DNA of 64,000 bases from Phallusia mammillata (lineage: Eukaryota), in the NCBI GenBank assembly GCA_965637545.1, contig OZ281495.1, positions 20,150,001 through 20,214,000 of the forward strand, read 5' to 3'. Shown here one piece after another: positions 11,500 to 25,643 of the stretch (position 1 is the stretch's first letter; every line of letters begins with the position of its first letter). A program made the position numbers and the translations under genes. Below the pieces are notes generated by a model. That model ran no database searches. It was not told where the DNA came from and saw only the letters and a list, made by a program, of their open reading frames with translations.

Positions 11500-14400
11500 C
11501 GTGTATTGTCACGTGCTTTGTATCCCCGTAACAAACAACCGTCAACATATGCTGTAGTTCACGCACGTGCATGCCATTGTGTGGATGGCGACATTTGATC
11601 GTGTATAAATTCCTTTCAGTCACACGTTTCATTATTATTGCTTTTTTTTAGTTGTCCATTTTGTGCTAATTAAACTGTTGCGCAATCTTAATTGTACAAA
11701 ATCGACGAAAGCGAATTGTAGTTTTTGTTTGTGAAGTTACTATTAGCTGTTCATGTAGCAGTTTTAAGTGTTACTGGTTTCTAGCTTTTTAGCAACACTG
11801 TTTAGCCATTGTTTACCTATCCAATTTGCGTTTTTCCTTACTGCTTAATTGGAAAAAGACGAAATTATGACCAATTTCACATTTATCGAACCATTGTACT
11901 TTTTTACCACACATTTATGATAAGATAGTAAGCCGAAACATACATACATTATTCTGTGATAACTTCTGTTGCTGTAAATTTGTAATTTTAAACGTTCGTT
12001 TTAAGCCATTGTTACATAGATTTGTCATTATTGTTTCTTTTTGAAATAATTCATCTTTTATACTAAACGATGTCTAAAAAACGACTATAAAACTTCACAA
12101 AGATCACAAAGCCTAAATTATTCCATTGTCTTGAACCCAAAAATTGTAAAATAAAATGTTGCGCCACGTAAATAAAACTGAATTTAATTTCTTCCACTTT
12201 TTTATCCCAATTGTTTCGGCAATAAAATGTCGACACCTGTGCATTCAATGGAAGCAGCGCAATATTGATAAAATCCAAATCGGTGGTTATGTGACCTCGG
12301 CAGGTCACGTTTTGTTTCGCTTCACTGAGCAACCGAAGATCGCTTCCGATTAATATCTCGCTCGTGATTTCTCGCCATTAGAAGGAAGTGAGCGGAAATC
12401 GAGCGTCACCCGGACGCGATTGTGGGAAAACATTTAATAATATCTGCTCCCTCACCTGGGACGCCGGGGGAAGAATTTTTATTAACTCCCCAAAGTTGAA
12501 CAGTGCCTGAGAGAAAATGGGGCAGAGGGTACAGTGACATGAGAAAAAATAAACGTTCCTTACTTTTCTCGGCCCTGGAAAAGTTATCTGGGCCTTTCCC
12601 ATAGTAAAATCATAATGTGGCTATAGTTCATTACGGTTCTGTGTCATTTAACATGATCAAAATACTGTAGCACTTCTATGTCAGTCAGACATCGACTGCA
12701 TTTGAATTCAAAATATTTTATTCTGTCGAAATCGTTGAATGTTTACTGTTTGAGTTTGATTGACGCATGTGATCATTTATCGCAGGAAGAAATGTTACCT
12801 AAGTGCCCCTATTCAAGTTTGCTCAAGCGCGGTACCAAGCGGAAGTGTTGTCCAACCATTTGCGCCGCGCGGTATTCTTAAAAAAGACTAATTTGAGATT
12901 TTGTTTCTTTTCAATTTAATTCGTTTTGTTGAAAAATTAAATTCGTTTTTTTACTTTGCTGGTAAAGAATCAGCCATTCGAATGAATAACTAAGTTTATA
13001 CGTTTAAAATGTACCATGCATTATCAATTAGGCTTAAAATGTTGATAAATCGGGTTATCCGCAATTAAGTTTGTGTTTGTAATGCATCCGCGCCTGGTTG
13101 CCATTTCAGGATATTGGATTCGGTTTTGGGAGCGCGTCCTAACCGACCGACGCCGGGGCCCAGCGCGACGTAATGGCCGAGATTACAAGTCGATGGAGGA
13201 GGCAATTTCGCTCGCTCGTCGCTTTACAACAAGCGGAACGTAAACCTGATCGTGACATCTTCTGCCGTTGGAAGTCTTAATAAAGCTGGGGGCCACACAT
13301 TGGCCGCCCTGCCCTTGTTTGCCTTTTCGTTTGCGCACTTTGATGCGACCGCCCGTTAATGACTGCGACCTCGCCCGATGGCCGGGGAAACAAACGACCG
13401 TTAACATGCCAATGTTTCCGTTTTGTCCTTAGCTCAGGGCCACCTGCGCTTATTTTCCCTTCATTACTCGCTCCCCGACATTTATCACAGTCAGTTCGCG
13501 GATCATCGAACACTTGTCAGCCATTTTTCGTAAACGTTTCACTCAGATAATTCGAAATGTGTTTTACAAACGGACTATGATTTTGTGCCAATAATTTCGA
13601 ATCTTTTCGATCCATGTCCCTGTTGTAACAACTCCAAGAATAAATAGGAAGTTGTAAATAGAAATGAAAGGGCCTTCTTTCGTACTTTTATAATTCTTTC
13701 TTGGGGTAATAAGTTTTCTCTTAATCCCAAAATACACTTCTAAGCGTGTATTAGAAAAAAACAGATGCGTAAATAAAACGAAAATTTGAAATGATGTTTC
13801 CGCTGATGCCCCATCAAGGCACGGCTATAATGCTAATCAATGAAATGAAAATCTCTTCTCTGGATGTTGAAGCTTGCTTCGCTGCACCTCAGTACAATTA
13901 ACTCGTAATATCACGGGCTAGCGAGATATAATGGGATATTTTGTCAAACGTCCAACAGCAGTCACTTGCGATAAAGTTCATTTATTGTCATTCACTACTT
14001 GGTTGATGTGAAGAGAGATTTTCTTCGTTGGTATTTCATTAAATGAATCAAAGAGTCGCGTTTTGGGCACAAACGCTTCCTATCGCAAGATAATCGAAAC
14101 TTAATTGCAGTCACACCTCTTTCAGTACTCCATGATTCTGTTTGGGCTTCGAGGTACATTTCCGCAAGTTTCATTCATGATCAAGAGTGGTTAAGGCTTA
14201 ATAGTAGTGATGCACCGCGGTTTCAGTTAACAGAAAGGGACTTTTGGCGACGTTTTGGCTTCGGCCTTTATGTTGTATATTAAAGGCAATCAAAAGTTTT
14301 GCAACGTGATTAGCAAATTGTTAATTGTATCTGAAACAAATACCGGTCACATGATATTGTCGGCAAAATATTGAATATATTTGTGGAATTTTGTACAAAT

Positions 14401-14939
14401 ATTAAACATTTTGAAAAGTGTGTGCACAGTTTGTCGGGTCATAAGTTGATCTACTTGCATTACTATGCTGGCTCTTTCTCAAACATTCATTTGGAGGAGT
14501 TGTTTGGGGTTGAGCCAAAATAGGCCGCAAATGTTTACTTTAAGATCGACTATAAAAACACACTACACACTATAAAATACGTTATTATGCAAGACGGTGT
14601 CCCAAAAACGTTTTACCGAGCCCCCACCCCCCAAAAAAATTCACACGCTAACTGGAGAAATAATTATTCTGGTCCCTCAGAACAGATTTAACCGTATTAT
14701 TTTGTTAACTACCAAAACTTTATTTCGTTGGATGCAAGAAATTTCATTATCAAAACAGTATAGCATACACACATGAGAAAAACAAAACACAAAAATAGAA
14801 CACAGTTATTAATGTACCGAATTGTTTCAGACACAATACAAACAAGAATTAAAGTCAAACAACAAAAAACATTGATGGTAGAATGATCAAACACAGCTTT
14901 ACTGCAATCATAACTTTGTTTCGTATCAGTACATTAACT

Positions 14940-17900
14940 TCACGCACGATAAACCGGTTTCGGGATGTATGCCGCATTCAGAGCTTGATCCAGTGGTTTG
15001 CGATATTCATCAGAAGTTTGGCTGGGATTCATTTGTGACCGAAATTGTCTCATATGTTCGCCTCTGGGATGGCCTACGGGAGATTTAGTTGGTGATCCTG
15101 TGTTTCTTGAGTCATGTGGTTGTGGATCGTTTGTCCTTGGGGGTGCTTTGTAGCAAGAACCCGATTCGGAACTTTCCAAAACGCTGTCGTTCGAAGATTT
15201 CTCCTGTTCTGATTCGTTTGAGGAGTCGGACTGTTGGACCTGGGTGAAAAAAATTAACATTTAGACTAGAGTTAGTCGTTAACTTAAAATACATGTCTTC
15301 ATTGTCTTACTTTTTAACATTAAAATTAGTTTATATTGTGTAATTAGTTTATATTGTGACCAAGGACCATTGTTCGAATAATAACTGAATTTCATAGAAT
15401 GCATAAAAGTGGTAAGTAAATCAAATAACATTGTTGCTAAAAAAATCTGAAATCGCAAAAATATTCGACTTGCATTCCCAGGATTGCCCAAAATCTCTTG
15501 CTGTCGGGTTTGTGGCAAGTCACTAAAACGAATCAGAGATTATGATTAAATCGCTCTCGAGACTCTTCCTTTTCACCTGTTCCAATTCAGACTGACAAGT
15601 CAATCGAAAGCACAGCTTTGCTTTGAAGTGCGACATTAGGAGCCATGTTTAGGGTTTGGATTTCTAACAAAGGGCCGCGGTCGTGTGAAGTGGTCATAGT
15701 CAACGGATAATTTGTTTGTGCTTTACGCTTGCTTTGACGAGAAACAGACAAGAATTTGGTGAACACAGGGAGCCATGTCAGTCGAAGCTGCCTGCGGAAG
15801 GGTTGTACCCATCATGTATGATAAGCGTACCCCGGTGAGTGCCCTAACAAGTCGAAACAATGTCACCACTCCGAAAAAATTATTGCAACAATTCAAACAT
15901 CACCACAAGATGAAACATGTTTCTGTAGTGAGTCGCATCGGGGGTTGGCCATTATCTGATCGATTAGTCGGGCGCGCGTGACAGCGGTACAACATCACCC
16001 CACGTGCTTTCATGTTGTTTTGAGGCGGCGGTCACTAGCTGTTTCGCACCGACGAAGCATGACAACATAAACTCGCGGAAGACATTACCCCGGCGTGATC
16101 AAGTGCGACCAGCGACCTTCGCGTTTCGATTTCGGGCGATCAACTTTGATGCTACATTACAACGACCCTGGCCGTCGGGGTATCAGCCGGCCGCCCAACC
16201 CCTTGTTTAACTTCCCGTTACCCTTCGCTTGCGGACACCTGGTTTCGAGTTGAGTCACAAATTGCCACCACCTTCCTGTTTTGCCCCTGTGACAAATATT
16301 GCCTTCTTTAGGCACTGAACCTCAAATCACATTAAGTCCGTGTCAAAGCGTTCAAATCGATCAAAATGGCGAATCGTCGACAAGAGTTTCGGAGCGCCGC
16401 CTGAATGTTCGGCGAACGGTTGTGACCACACAAATACATAAAACTGTTATAAATGCTTTGCCGTTTTAAAAACGGTATCAGTTTCTTTATCGAATGTTCT
16501 TACATTTTTCGCTCTTGTTTTTGATTTTTTCGCAAGTGTATACCGCTATGTTAGAATGCGTTGATACAATTCGGCCGACTTAAAACCTGACTTTATTTAA
16601 AACGTGTGTTTTCGACGTGGGACATAGGAGCAACATAGGAATGTTCAGATAAATTGGACTGCGTTTTGTCCATTGCTCTTTCATTATTGTCTTGTTATGG
16701 GCGTGCGCAAAAAGGTTGGGAAACAATGTTTCAAACTGTTGGTGTTCGTATATTCAACGCAGCAAGCATGCTATTTAAAATTTACCTTGTTTAAACAAAA
16801 CTATATTTACCTGCTTTTTCCATTTCATGCGGCGGTTTTGGTACCAAGTTTTGACTTGCAATTGTGTTAAACCCAATGCATCGGCAAGCTCCATCCGATC
16901 CGGCGTCGACAAATATTTCTGCCGCTCGAAACGCTTCTCCAAAGCCATCAGTTGCAACTCGCTAAAAACAGTGCGACTCCTGCCAAAAACAATCAAAAAA
17001 TATTTGTAAATACAAATCAATAGACAAATGTCATTAACGTTTCAAACCTTCTGCATTTTCTTGACCCACTGCTATCGTACTGTAACAAGCGATCCCGAAT
17101 AAAAAATGGCACATGGTCGAAAGTTGTGCTGGGTCCATACGGATGATATGGATTCAAAAAGTCTGAAATAAAACAAGCACAACGGTTGGCAAAACATAAC
17201 ATAGTGTTACCTTAGTCACCAGACGTTAGTGCAGCTTTCTGCGATTAAGCGGATCGATTTATTTTGTAGACAAAGGTAAAATATATGGTCACATTATTGC
17301 AAGACATCTTTGACCCGCTTTATCGGGAGTAAATATTATCTATTCGAGATATAAGAAGTAAAATTTGTTGGTTTAATCGCCAATAGAGAATTTTTAGAAA
17401 GCTTTTATCAAAATTCACTTGATTGTTTGTGTTGTTTTAGATCAACTTTACTTGCTGCGCAGAATTTTACGCATAACCAAAAATTGTTAATTAAGTCTGA
17501 ATATTGTTGAACTTATTTAACAAATGCATAAAACATGAATAAAACAAATCAAAAATTTGAATTTTAAAATTTTAAAATTTATGTTCCCACTCTCACTTTT
17601 TCCTGATAAAATGAATCACTTGATCGAAAAGTGTCGCAGCTATTAAACATTCGCAAATTCGCATAGTAATACTTCAAATGCCTACCTCGACCAAACAAAT
17701 TGTTGCTGGGCAAAAAGTTCAACCCAAGTTTAAAAAGTGGATTGTACGGGTATGAACAAGGAATAGAAGATTGAAGAAGTTGCTGCTGTCTGTGATGATG
17801 TTGAAACGCGGCTAGTGAAAGAGTGTCCATGCTAAATGGATTGTGTTGAATGACCTGAGGTGGTGAACTTGGGCTTGTACTTGGAGATGGGGAAGATTGA

Positions 17901-18512
17901 TCATTATGATGTGTGTCTTGGATCTATGAATACAGCAATTTTAAACATTTGCTTTTTACTTTCTTGCCGAATCTTAACAAGTATATACGCATGAGATGAC
18001 GTTTCGGTTAATAGTGTGATACAAATTATAGCTTATAGTAGGTTGTAACAAGTCAAGTGACGTTAAATGTTACCAACAAATATGCAATCTTTCATATTAG
18101 GCCAAATAAGCAAAATGTTTATTGGATTCGATTAAACACTACATATGAGGTTGCCACAGTAGACATAATAATTTGGTTTTATTAAGTTTAAAATAGAAAA
18201 AAGTTTTTAACGTGGGCTTTTATTACCCACCGTGCATCACAATTTAAAACAATATACGTACGCGACGTCACTAAACATTTCAATGTAGCATCTTCAGAAT
18301 AGTCAAGTCGTGTAATAAGATCATAGTGTATTTATAAATTGTTCTCATACACCTACCTCATGTTCGTCAAAACGATGAGTAGAGTGTTTCTTTAGCAAAT
18401 CGTCAATACGGAAAGATGAGCGACCGAATTTTTCCTTTTCATCTTCGAATCTTTCCCGTCCCAAATGAAAGGCAGATTTTGCCATTAGCATGTGAGCAGA
18501 TTTTCCTGACAT
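14940..18512 (-). CDS. BARX: Barx-family (NKL/ANTP) homeobox transcription factor
   Basis: Exons 18512-18357, 17923-17686, 17162-17048, 16979-16811 and 15239-14940. Homeodomain [57 protein letters not shown] is near-identical to vertebrate BARX1/2; N-terminal eh1 motif SSFRIDDLL. Confidence 0.92.
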
Positions 18513-21191
18513 TTTCCGTGAATATTTCGCTTACAATCAATGCAGTTTCTACAAACACTATGTTACCACTGTTGTAGGAGTATTTATTCAATGCTCAGTA
18601 AAGGTCCCGCTACGCTTGGACTGAATCATAGGTTTACTCGAGTCGCGACTTTTATTTAGGCGACTGTCTCGCTGTTTTTTTTCTGCCCCACGTCATTGGG
18701 CACGTGTGCAGGTGTTGACCCAACACACTTTTGATCGTCTTGGGGAATGTGAAGGTAAATCAGATTTTGTCCATTGTATTCGTCTGTAATTTATCCATAA
18801 CAATATTAACACAATAATATGTGATAAAATTTCAAAACTGTATAATAACCGGTCTTTTTAAAATACCATAATCCACCTTTTACGAAATATGAAAGCCCGT
18901 ATTAGTTGTTTGAATACAAAATACACCCATAAACTAATTTGACAAGCACGCTTTTCTTGTGGTCTTACCAGCTGACCAATTTGTTCCGACGAAGTTTTGA
19001 TATTTTTCACCTGAACAGTAAATCAGTTTTAAATCATAGTTCAAAATAATTTGTAACATAATAATTGACTATATACTCATAACAAAATATGTTCGACATC
19101 GCCATAAAATGGCCATAAAAGTGTGCTAATTTATTTTGTTTAAAAAGCAGTAACGATTCTCAAGGCAATATTTGAAAAAACAAAATGCACAAATCTAAAA
19201 TAAAGATTAAAAAGACTGATTTCGTTGCTATTTCCCTCCGCAAAGCTTCTATAATTTTTGAAAAATAATTTGTTGTTTTTGATAACTATAAACACATGAG
19301 CAACACGAACCTAAAATGTGATTTTGATTAAAGAACATTGGGTGGATACATTTGTTTCATAAAAATATCGCGTTTATTTTTTTGTTAAACGAGAAGTATT
19401 AGATTTAAAACACTCGCATTTCATTGGCGCTTCCATACACGCCACAATCTAGTTTTCATTATGTCTTACAATATTCCAAAGAGTACGACTAATAAAACGT
19501 TTTGGCAACAAAACAGTGGTGTTTGCCACACAATGCTTCAATGACAGTTGCCCTGGGCACGTCTAAACTCAACAAGGTTTACTTTAATATCTCATTACCA
19601 CACCACCCGAAAAACAATAAAGCTTGTTGCTATTATATTTTCTATTCCAGGTGTAAATTAAACCACATACGGAGCGTTCACTTCGAAGAATAACGTTTTA
19701 CCAACGACATGAACTTTTTGATGAGCGTTGACGCTTCGACAAGCTTGATAAAACGCGAACACAAAACACAAACAATTCAACACCAACCGCTTCTGTGCCA
19801 TACTATCAAGCAAGCTGTGCCTTAATTAAAGTCTTATTATTTCAGTGTCAGTTTCAATAACAGTTGACTTGTACACAAGGCCAGCACAATCAGGTTTTAT
19901 TTGAATTATTAGCGTCGTTGTTTGTTTTGAACTTTGCATTGTCTATTTCCTTTTGAATCAAAAATGAATTGTTCGATCGTTGCCTTGAAAGCGCACACAT
20001 AAAAATAGGCCACAGAGTTTTCAAAAAGCTTTGCATTTGTATCAACCATTGAACGCTTGCACGTGCGAATGCGACCCCCGTGGAATCAATTTGTCTTTCA
20101 AGACGTGTTTATTGACAAACCTGCCATCCGGTATTAGAATTCCGCGAGTGGCGATGCATTTTAAGGTTTGGCCCCAAGACACCTGGGCCCCACTAATGAG
20201 ACGCTGGAAATACCTACGAGCGACAAACAGAGCTACACCGGTCGGCCATGAAAGCGAAACTTTGGAATCTCGGTGTTCCGGAAAATTGTGATTGTTTCTT
20301 GTTTTGGCAACATCGCCACGTTCGCGTTTTAAGGTTCAACCGCCAAAAGCAGCTTTTCCACTTCAAAATGTCAATTTAGAAGTGGGCCGCAAAACTTGTG
20401 TCCACTGCCCAAGCGCGAAACACTGATGATGATTGACGTTTTATACGCAGCAACATCAGAATAAAATGAAGGAAAAATCTAAGTTATGTTCTTCTAAGTT
20501 ATGCCGAAATGCTATGCTAAAGGCTGCATAGATAATTTACCTACCAAACAGCACATTTTAAGTAATGTGCAGTTTCTCAAGCAAAACAAACATAATAAAG
20601 TGATATGGCTTAAACACCTTTCAAAATTGCAAAACATTTGAGTTTAAAAACATTTACAATGTTAGGATTTGCAATTAAAAAGTCTATAAAGGCGTTTCTG
20701 TGGACAAAAACAGTCGTAACATATCAAACTAGAAATGCGTTTTGCTTATTTAGGTATTCTATATTAAATTTGTACATGGCGGAGTTGTTGAGTGAATATC
20801 CATAAAAAAATAATTTGTTTATTTAAGGTAACTTCTTTGCACATTAATACACCAATATATGACAACTACAAAATGAATGGTCACATTTTACCCGTACAAA
20901 TTGTCACAGTGCGAAGCAGAAAAATTTTATTGCCATTCGACGCTCAAAACAACACGAAATCTAACAAACATTTTTGACAGAAATCTTTTCGCCTGAACCT
21001 TCGTGGTGCCCTTTGCAGCAAATTTTTCTACACTTAACAATGCGCTGTAAATCGCAGTATCGTTTAATGACAATGTGCTTTAAATTATTTCGTTTATTAA
21101 TCCAGTTAATTTAAGCAGGAGCAATTATCACGTTACAATAGAGATTGTTTCAAATGTAAAGAAATTATAGGTAGGCGGTTCGAGACAACCT

Positions 21192-24100
21192 TTAGTCAGA
21201 TGGTTTGGTCTGAAACAAAAACAAAATGTCACACACTATCCCAAACAGATTAGTATAATAGCAATCCTTACCCCGCAATCAGGTGGGACCATGTTTTCAA
21301 AATTACATAATGCACGATATTCATCATACACAGTACCCGGAGGACAGCTGTAGACGTATGGACCGCCGTTGTTTTGTGTACAAGTGTAATATGTGTAGCA
21401 GTCATATTTGTAACTTCCAGGAACACCGTGCTACAATGGAAACCACTGTCTTTACTTGATTTTTGGAAACAAAAACTCAGTACTGACCTGACAGGTTGGT
21501 CCACCGTCTACTGGTGGCACTGCTGGGGTTGTCGTGGTGGTTGTCGTTGGTGACAGAGTTGTAGTACTTGGCTTATCCAAATCTGCAGTCAGAGTGGTTG
21601 CAACTTCATACTGTTAAATATCGCCACTTAAAAAGCAAATACATTCGAAAAGGTTGTCCATTGTTTCAGGCGCAAGTATAGCCCATTAAAAAAAATCGTG
21701 TAACTCGATTTGGACAGACGACTTAAAGTGCTATAGTCGCATGATAATAAGCGGGTAACTTTCTTACCCAATTAGGCGGAGCAACAGTTGGTACGTCGCC
21801 AATAGCAATATCTGCGCATCCGTAAAACTCCTCCTGTGGTCCGCATCCCACACAGCAGTCTTCGACAATGTCAGGGTCAGGGTTAGGATCACAACCATGC
21901 GAGTTTGCTAAAGAATAGGCAAATTCGAAGTATCGGTTATGCAAAAAAATATCTTGTATTTGTGTAGTATTTACAGTAATTCCACAATGACTTCTAATTT
22001 AACAAGTTACCAGTATGGTATCTCCATTGTAGAACGCACTGTGTGCAGGTTAAACCTGGAGGTAACTGAACTTTCGTTTCGTAAACCCAGGGCGGCCCGC
22101 TTTTCGGATCAGCTACGTATTTTGTCTCTCCGGTTTCAAAAATGTTCAGCAAGTTTCTGCCGACAATTGTGCAATGCATTATTAAAGTTGATCGAACACA
22201 GTAAAAACAATAAAAACCAATTCAAAGAAAAGTTATTTAGAGTCCTTATAAGACAGACAAATTTAGATGTTTTAAAAATAACGCTTTTTTAATATACCCA
22301 ATGTGTGCTTCTGTAGCCATCAATGGTAAATTTGGTTTACCGACAGTTTTGGAACAAGACAAGATATTGAATGTTTCAGTTCCTGGAATAACTTCATAGA
22401 AAGTTCGTAATAATGTACAGAAAACCGTAAATACACTCTTTCCAGAAGCCAAAAATTGTCAATGTGCGCAACTTGTCTGTGTAGACACAGAAAGTATATG
22501 TGCTTTTTATTTTTTTATTTTTTATTTTTTTTACGGGGTTCGAACCCAGGATTCTCCCGGGGACGAATCCCGATCAGGTTTTTTATGTCTGTATATGGGT
22601 CAGGCGCGCCAAACCGTTCGGCCAAGCTTTTTATAATATCGTTTAGAACAGGGGTTCTTAACCAGGGGTACATGTACCCCTTGGGGGTACGAAGCACCAA
22701 AGTAGGGGGTACGACAGTCAATGTGAAATTATACATTATTTAGGCATATTTGTGAAGAATGTGTAACAAGTTACTTTGTTATGTGTAGTTGATTTTAATT
22801 GACTGATTGTTGGTGTTCTGTAAATTTTGTTGAACTTACAAGACTGTTTTAATGCATGCATTCAACATGTAAGTTATAAATACACTGAGATTAATTCCCA
22901 TTATTGTTTGCTTCCGTCGGCCATTGTAGAGAGGGGGTACGAGAAAATATCATGAAAGCTCAAGGGGTACAAGCGCTAAAAAGGTTAAGAAACACTGGTT
23001 TAGAATGTATCAGTGCTCCGCAACCGGTGTGCCGCGGCACACTGGTGTGCCGCAAGACGATGCTGGGTGTGCCGCCGCAAAACCGTAACTTTTTGTTTAA
23101 CATTTGTTTTTGTGTATTTTATCATTGTAGCAAAAGATACAGTTCACACCACAAAATTAAAGCTACACTACTCACTACACATTCATGTTTTATTACGTCA
23201 TAATATACTTTATACTGGCTTAATGCAGGGGTCTCAAAACACGCGGCCCGGTGTGGACCAACGAGGGTTTTTGTGCGGCCCGCGAACTAACTTCAAATTT
23301 AGGTGGTTACCTTAGGTGGAATACCCTGTCAGACCACCGATTTTAGGAAACAATCATTCTTTATTAGTAATGGCTAGAAATAAATGGGACGTTTTAATCG
23401 TATGATGGAAATAGGCTGGTCCCTCCTGTTGAAAATCGGCAATTCCAATTGTTGCGGCAAATTTTTTAATTTTTTCGTCATTGTACGCCATTGTTTCACA
23501 CATAGTGGTTTATTGCACTTGTTTTTTTAGTTTGTTACACTCTATATCTGTTTCTTATTTATTGCAATACAAATGTTTTATGTACATGATATGGCATAAA
23601 CGCACGACATTTTTAAATACATAACATTTTTGTTCATGTTACTTTTACCAAAAAGTTCCAACATTACGGCAGTTTACTAATGTTTTTGGCCCTCAAAAAG
23701 TTTAAGACCGATGGCTTAATGCTTCTTTTAGTCTTTCGAAAAATTGGGTGTGGCGCCAAACATTTAAAGCTTGTATGGTGCGACGTGAGTGAAAAAAGGT
23801 TGCGGAGCACTGGTTTAGATACTCCCAATTTGAATTTAAATTGTAAATGTAAACGAAATTACTGATTCAGGCATTCATGTGTAGCTGGCACTTCTGGATT
23901 GTTCCATTCGCACAGACGAAACTCAAAAAATCCCATGTGGTGAGCTGTTAATTCCACTTTAATGTCCATTACTGAACCTGCAACATAAAATAAATAGACT
24001 TTTACCCTAAGAATGGACGGAATATAAAATGTTGTGAACAGACCTGGTGCATAATCGCGTACAATAATTCCTTTCGCATAAGGTCCACCGGCTTCGTGTT

Positions 24101-25371
24101 CTCGGACTCCGTCCCATGGATCACCGCAAATTCCGCATTTCCCACCTTGTTCTTCTTGCTGGTACTATATGCAAGACATCAAACCTTTAAATCAGGGGTG
24201 TGCAACCTTTTTCGGCGGTGGGCCATATAACCAATTTCGGACATCAAGCGAGGGCCACACATTTTTTTCATGTACCGTATTTGCACTTTTTTACACTACT
24301 GTTTGTGCGGCTTGCATTATAATATCATGTCGATATTATTTCCACACCCCTGCGTTTTGTTTTATTTTGCTTTTAAAATCAACGTTAAAATGTTAGGTAC
24401 AAGTAAGTTTCGTCGTAACACTGCCTTTCACAACAAAGTAATTGTTTACGAGACAAAGAGGTATATTACGTCACATTCGGTATAGTACGCAACAAGCACC
24501 TAGTGCGAATAGAAGACCATAGGTCTGGGTGAATTAAGTTCCATGCGCTGGTTTAGCTTATTCTTGTTACGTATAGCAAATTAGGAGTTTTACCGAAAAC
24601 TAATCAGAGTGTTGTTGAGGGCCACACCAAATGGCTTGGCCGGCCGGATTGTGGCCCGCGGGCCGCGGGTTGCACACCCCTGCTTTAAATAGTCCAATTT
24701 AATCAAATTCCTTAAAGGGAGGCACATTTTTTGGTAGAGCTACTAACACGGTGCCTCCTGGGTGATCCAAAAGTCCTTATTTTCGATAGGTGGCATAAAG
24801 AGCTGAATTATTTATTTAGCGGCTAAAGAGGGTTGGTTTAGGATGCAAATGTTTAAAAATTTTACATTAGTAACTATTTTTTGGGGTTAGTTTATTTTGG
24901 GTTTTATATTTAAATGCTAATACCTTAACCCGACCCTAATGGCCCTAACCGTTATCATTTTTTGAGATATACTGTTTTAAAAATTGTTTTTTTATCAAAG
25001 ATTATTTTAAACTCTTTTTCAGTATCTGAGCATTTACAGACCTGAAATCCACCACAAAACAGTTGGTTGTCGTTGTAGTTTGCTTTCACCATAGATTTGT
25101 ACGGTTTAATAGCTGGATCAGTTTCTTTCACTCTCCACATGCTTGAACGACGTGGAGGCTCCAAAAGACGTCCATGAGAATTCACATCGCAAACAAGAAA
25201 TGCACCAAGAAATGCCACTGAGGAAAAAGGCGTGTTATTATTCTTTATAAGTGCGAAAAAATACCTCAGTATGTTTTGGTTACTTTTAAATATATATAAA
25301 AATTCGCTTTAAAGTTGTGAGGATCAAAACTCGTTTACAATGAATAAATGCTGTTTACCTGTTAGAATCAT
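21192..25371 (-). CDS. AA15-type lytic polysaccharide monooxygenase, copy 1 (signal peptide, LPMO, Thr-rich linker, CBM14/peritrophin-A)
   Basis: MILTVAFLGAFLVCDVNS|HGRLLEPPRRSSMWR...NYNDNQLFCGG...GKCGICGDPW...ELTAHHMGFFEFRLC...LTCTQCVLQWRY...GCGPQEEFYGCADI; then a T-rich linker and six-Cys CQHG...DCYTYYTC...YSCPPGTVYD....CNF....PDCG-TKPSD*. Nine coding exons with GT-AG introns. Confidence 0.92.
22511..22625 (-). mobile_element. Short tRNA(Leu)-like SINE with A-rich tail
   Basis: On the - strand: A box tggccgaacgg, B box ggttcgaaccc, A-rich tail; 9-bp TSD gctttttat (22502-22510, 22626-22634). Confidence 0.75.
22649..22997. mobile_element. hAT-type MITE
   Basis: TIR caggggttcttaacc...ggttaagaaacactg; exact 8-bp TSD gtttagaa. 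Confidence 0.88.
23011..23812. mobile_element. hAT-type MITE containing a nested MITE
   Basis: TIR cagtgctccgcaacc...ggttgcggagcactg; TSD not clean. Confidence 0.8.
23226..23713. mobile_element. Nested hAT-type MITE
   Basis: Left end caggggtctcaaa, degenerate right end tttaagaccgatg; exact 8-bp TSD gcttaatg. Confidence 0.78.
24193..24682. mobile_element. hAT-type MITE
   Basis: TIR caggggtgtgcaacc...ggttgcacacccctg; exact TSD ctttaaat. Confidence 0.9.
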
Positions 25372-25448
25372 TTTCGTGTTTCTTAACCAAGGCCTCCTCA
25401 AACGACTACAAGTCTTTATTTCTCTGGATTTGCAGAAGTTTTCAGAAC

Positions 25449-25455
25449 ATTTATA
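25449..25455 (-). promoter_or_regulatory. Candidate TATA box of LPMO copy 1
   Basis: TATAAAT on the - strand about 80 bp upstream of the ATG; the same motif sits at the same position in copy 2 (31258-31264). Confidence 0.55.
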
Positions 25456-25643
25456 CCAAAATTCAACTGTCGTAATAGCTAATAAAATAAAACATTAAAA
25501 TGTCGTTGACTAGTTTCCGCCAAGTGCAGTAGTTAAACTGTATTGTTCTGTCAGTTTACACTTCAAGCCGTGAAAATCTCCACATCATTATGTCAATTTA
25601 ACATCGGTTAATTCATTACTCAGCGGAAACTTCAGGTGCCATA

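Noticed and set aside
16811-16979. BarH/Barhl or Bsx assignment for the homeobox
   Set aside because: [19 protein letters not shown] and RRMKWKK match Barx better; Barhl reads RKARTAF...KYLSVQDR...RRTKWKR
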